Source: Lingula anatina (Eukaryota > Animalia > Brachiopoda). Taken from it: a stretch of DNA of 64,000 nt. Position numbers and translations under genes: made by a program. Location of the stretch: the NCBI GenBank assembly GCA_051362555.1, contig CM120642.1:27900001-27964000 (forward strand), given 5' to 3'. The notes under the pieces are model-generated. The model saw only the letters and a list, made by a program, of their open reading frames with translations, was not told where the DNA came from and did not search any database. Shown here piece after piece: positions 61,157 through 64,000 of this stretch; the first letter of the stretch is position 1, and each line of letters starts with the position of its first letter.

Positions 61157-63105
61157 AAAATTTTCACAATAAAGTAATGGAAGTATTCTTTGAAAAACAG
61201 ATGATAATGAAAAGTCAGTGAATATACTATAGTATAATAACATTGGTTCTGTTTTGCTTTATACAGGTGTATGAGTTTCAATATTATAATTCATTCTCAT
61301 GAGGCGTTATCTGTATTATCCTTAATAAAAATAAACGAATGCGGGGGCGTAAGTAACAGTTGCTAAGTAGTTACGAAAACAGGTTTTACTCATCATAAAC
61401 ATGAATAGAATTACAAGAAGTAGGATTCTTTCACTATTTTTAGTCCTATAATCCACAAAAGAAATAAACACAAATAGAACGTAGGTCAGTTATGTCCTTT
61501 TTCTATTTCATTGCTTTAACATGTAGACCCAGGCCACCGGAACTCAAAGCAGGGGTACTCGCGTCAGATGGCCGAAAAACAACATTAATTTCTTCCGCCG
61601 GCTAACTACTAACATCACAAATATATTGATGAAAATAACTGCCAATCTGTCACTCATCCTGTGTCATGGAAATAAGCAGGAGATGACAACCCCTGTTCTC
61701 ATGATATATAACAATAAACGCGAACATTTGTTAATTTATTTGACCTTCATTTTAGCAGGCGGGCTACAGACTGCGTGTCCTATAGTGATCACCGGTCTGT
61801 TATAAATTTAAAGTGGCCCCATTTCCATAAACAGGGTACCTACGTCACAGTCTATTTATAGTGCGAGTGGGCAGAACATGTCAAGAAAACACATGCTTGC
61901 TTACGTTTCTTCTTTTTATTTCAACATTTAATTTTCAAATTAGAATAATAATACGGGTTGTACAATATTCATTAAGGAGTGGGAGGATGAAATATTTTCT
62001 CACTTCCAGAGGCAAATACAGAATAATAAACGATGATAATTTTACTGTAATATGTACTACACATGGATGGAAAAATTGCTTGTCTTTTCTACTTTCGCCT
62101 GTTATAATTATAATTTTTTTGGTTGGGCACGGGGTTGGGGGGGGCACCCTGGATCCACCTTTAAACTAAGGCCACAAGGTTGTTTAGCAGAATTTCTTTA
62201 TAAGCAAATGCTTTGTATTTCTCAAAGTCAAATAGTAATAACATTTTTCAAACTAAACTTACAGTGTACAGCAATTCATAATTCGTAATTGTAAATGACA
62301 CATCATTTTACTGATGACAATGAGTAATGGGATATTCTGTGACTAGAAATACACATTTCTTTGGGTAAACTTAAGAACAAAAATATTATTTATATATTAA
62401 CTGAATTTCCGTCTTCCTTCCCATTTATTACGGTATAGCAGTTAAAACTAAGGAGATTAGAAATAAATAAGTATATCAAGTGCTCTCTGTTTCTTTTATC
62501 ATTAATGCATTTCCGAAGATAAATAATAACGAATAACGTTTGTTCATTCTGTTTTGACCGTTTAACTCATACTTCCACGACCACTGGAGAGAGCAATGGC
62601 CCAATAGCGTGGTATAAAGGCATTAGGCAAATGTTGCATATAATTACAGGCTGCAGGGCAATAGTCTGTTCGGAAGTATTTCGCAATGCCCTAGTCATTT
62701 ACGCAGCCTGTAGCTATGGCAACATAGGTTATTGTAGGCCATCCTTAACCACAAGTCGTGAGTACCGGCCAACCGTATCCGGGACCGTATAGTATAAATG
62801 AACAACGCCGCTGAACCCAGCAACAAAACACTGAAAGAAGCGAAGAAGAGAAGTGCAATACTGAATACTTTCAATTGAAGGAAAAAGGTAAGCAATTTTT
62901 TAAAAATATTTTTATTGCTCTCTTCGACAGAGTGCACTTGGTTATGTTAAGGCTTCTATGATGAGTCAAAAAGCAACTAACGTTTTCGCATTTAGTATAT
63001 CACATCTAAATGATAGTTTTTCCAACAGACCAGCTGTCGTTGTACCGGTATGTGTTGTCTTTGGGATATCATCTGTCTTCGCTTGTATCTAGGGCAAAAC
63101 TGCTA

Positions 63106-63930
63106 CACACACTGGACAATAGAAGTGTCACCCCCTAAATCACAGTAATCAAAGTAGGCAGATCTTGGGTAGTTATAATGCCTGGGTAGTTATAATGTAA
63201 CTAATGGGTATAAAACCGCTATACCATGGAATTTTATTGTTGGTCTTGTACATGTACAGCAAATGTCATTCCTGTCTTCCTCCAATATGGCAATTTAACG
63301 ATTACAGTCGTCAAGTTATAAACCTGAAGAGGCGGAATATAAGCAATGTCAAAATATCGATACAGTTGAATTGTTCAGTCAGAACCGAGCAGAGGGTCTG
63401 ATCTCGGTATAGAAACACTGGATCAAGAGACAAATTGCCTCTGATGGGTCGTCCAAGAAAAACTACTGACCGTGAAGACCGACGACTGATTTTGATGTCC
63501 AGTTTGTCAAGGTTCGACGTTGCTTGTCAGTTGACAACACAGTGGAACAATTTCACACATAAGAATCTGTCTGTGAAAACTGCTATGCGTCGGTTACATG
63601 CTCAGAGAGTGTACAGTAGGGTAGCAAGACTGAAACCTCTTATATCGTAATAAAACAGGCAACGTAGAGTGAACTAGGGCCCACAGGATCTGGAACTAGA
63701 CAGCTCCCATGGCAATTGGTCCTATATAGTTTTTCTGATGAGTGTCGCTTTGGTCCTATGCTGGCGAACTGCTGGTAAAGCATTTTAACCACATGCACGG
63801 AATTTTCGAACCCGGAGCAGCATATCCATTATGGTGTGGGGCTGCATCAGCATCGATGGCGTAGGTGAATTGGTAGTGTTTGATGGAAACATGAATCACC
63901 AGAAATATATTGATGCTTTGGAGTCACCCG
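63106..63930 (+). mobile_element. Decayed Tc1/mariner DNA transposon (left end and broken transposase)
   Basis: TA followed by cacacactggacaatagaagtgtcacccc (Tc1-like TIR); GRPRKTTDREDRRL...SVKTAMRRL...RVARLKPLIS**, then in other frames IVFSDECRF (first catalytic D) and IMVWGCISIDGVGELVVFDGNMNHQKYIDAL; stops and frameshifts present. Confidence 0.9.
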
Positions 63931-64000
63931 CACGAAAATGCAGTAGTATCGAAGTAGCAAAAAAGCATTAACGCAGTAGTGGTGTGGAGCATATTTGCAG

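Overview
AT-rich, intron-rich eukaryotic (invertebrate metazoan, probably lophotrochozoan) genomic DNA; most short ORFs in the supplied track are exon fragments or noise. Spliced genes reconstructed by hand from GT-AG boundaries and reading frame: (1) a long minus-strand IQ-motif gene resembling IQCM (ATG 19867, runs off the left edge); (2) an SLX4 nuclease-scaffold gene on the minus strand (34815-21647); (3) a two-exon 109-aa single-pass membrane ORF (36531-35073) ending only 257 nt before the SLX4 ATG, a candidate bicistronic arrangement; (4) a complete 9-exon beta-tubulin on the plus strand (40709-49429, 444 aa); (5) an unrecognised 828-aa secreted prepro-protein on the minus strand (58368-52624) with an architecture suggestive of an alpha-helical pore-forming protein, behind a tandemly duplicated TATA promoter. 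Between SLX4 and the IQ gene is a compact octamer/PSE-like/TATA promoter followed by a structured GC-richer stretch, a candidate unannotated small RNA gene (~20400-20070, minus). Mobile DNA includes several fold-back MITEs, a 5'-truncated RTE LINE with a 12-bp TSD, an L1/Tx1 remnant and a decayed Tc1/mariner at the right edge. All homology calls are from recalled motifs, not database searches.
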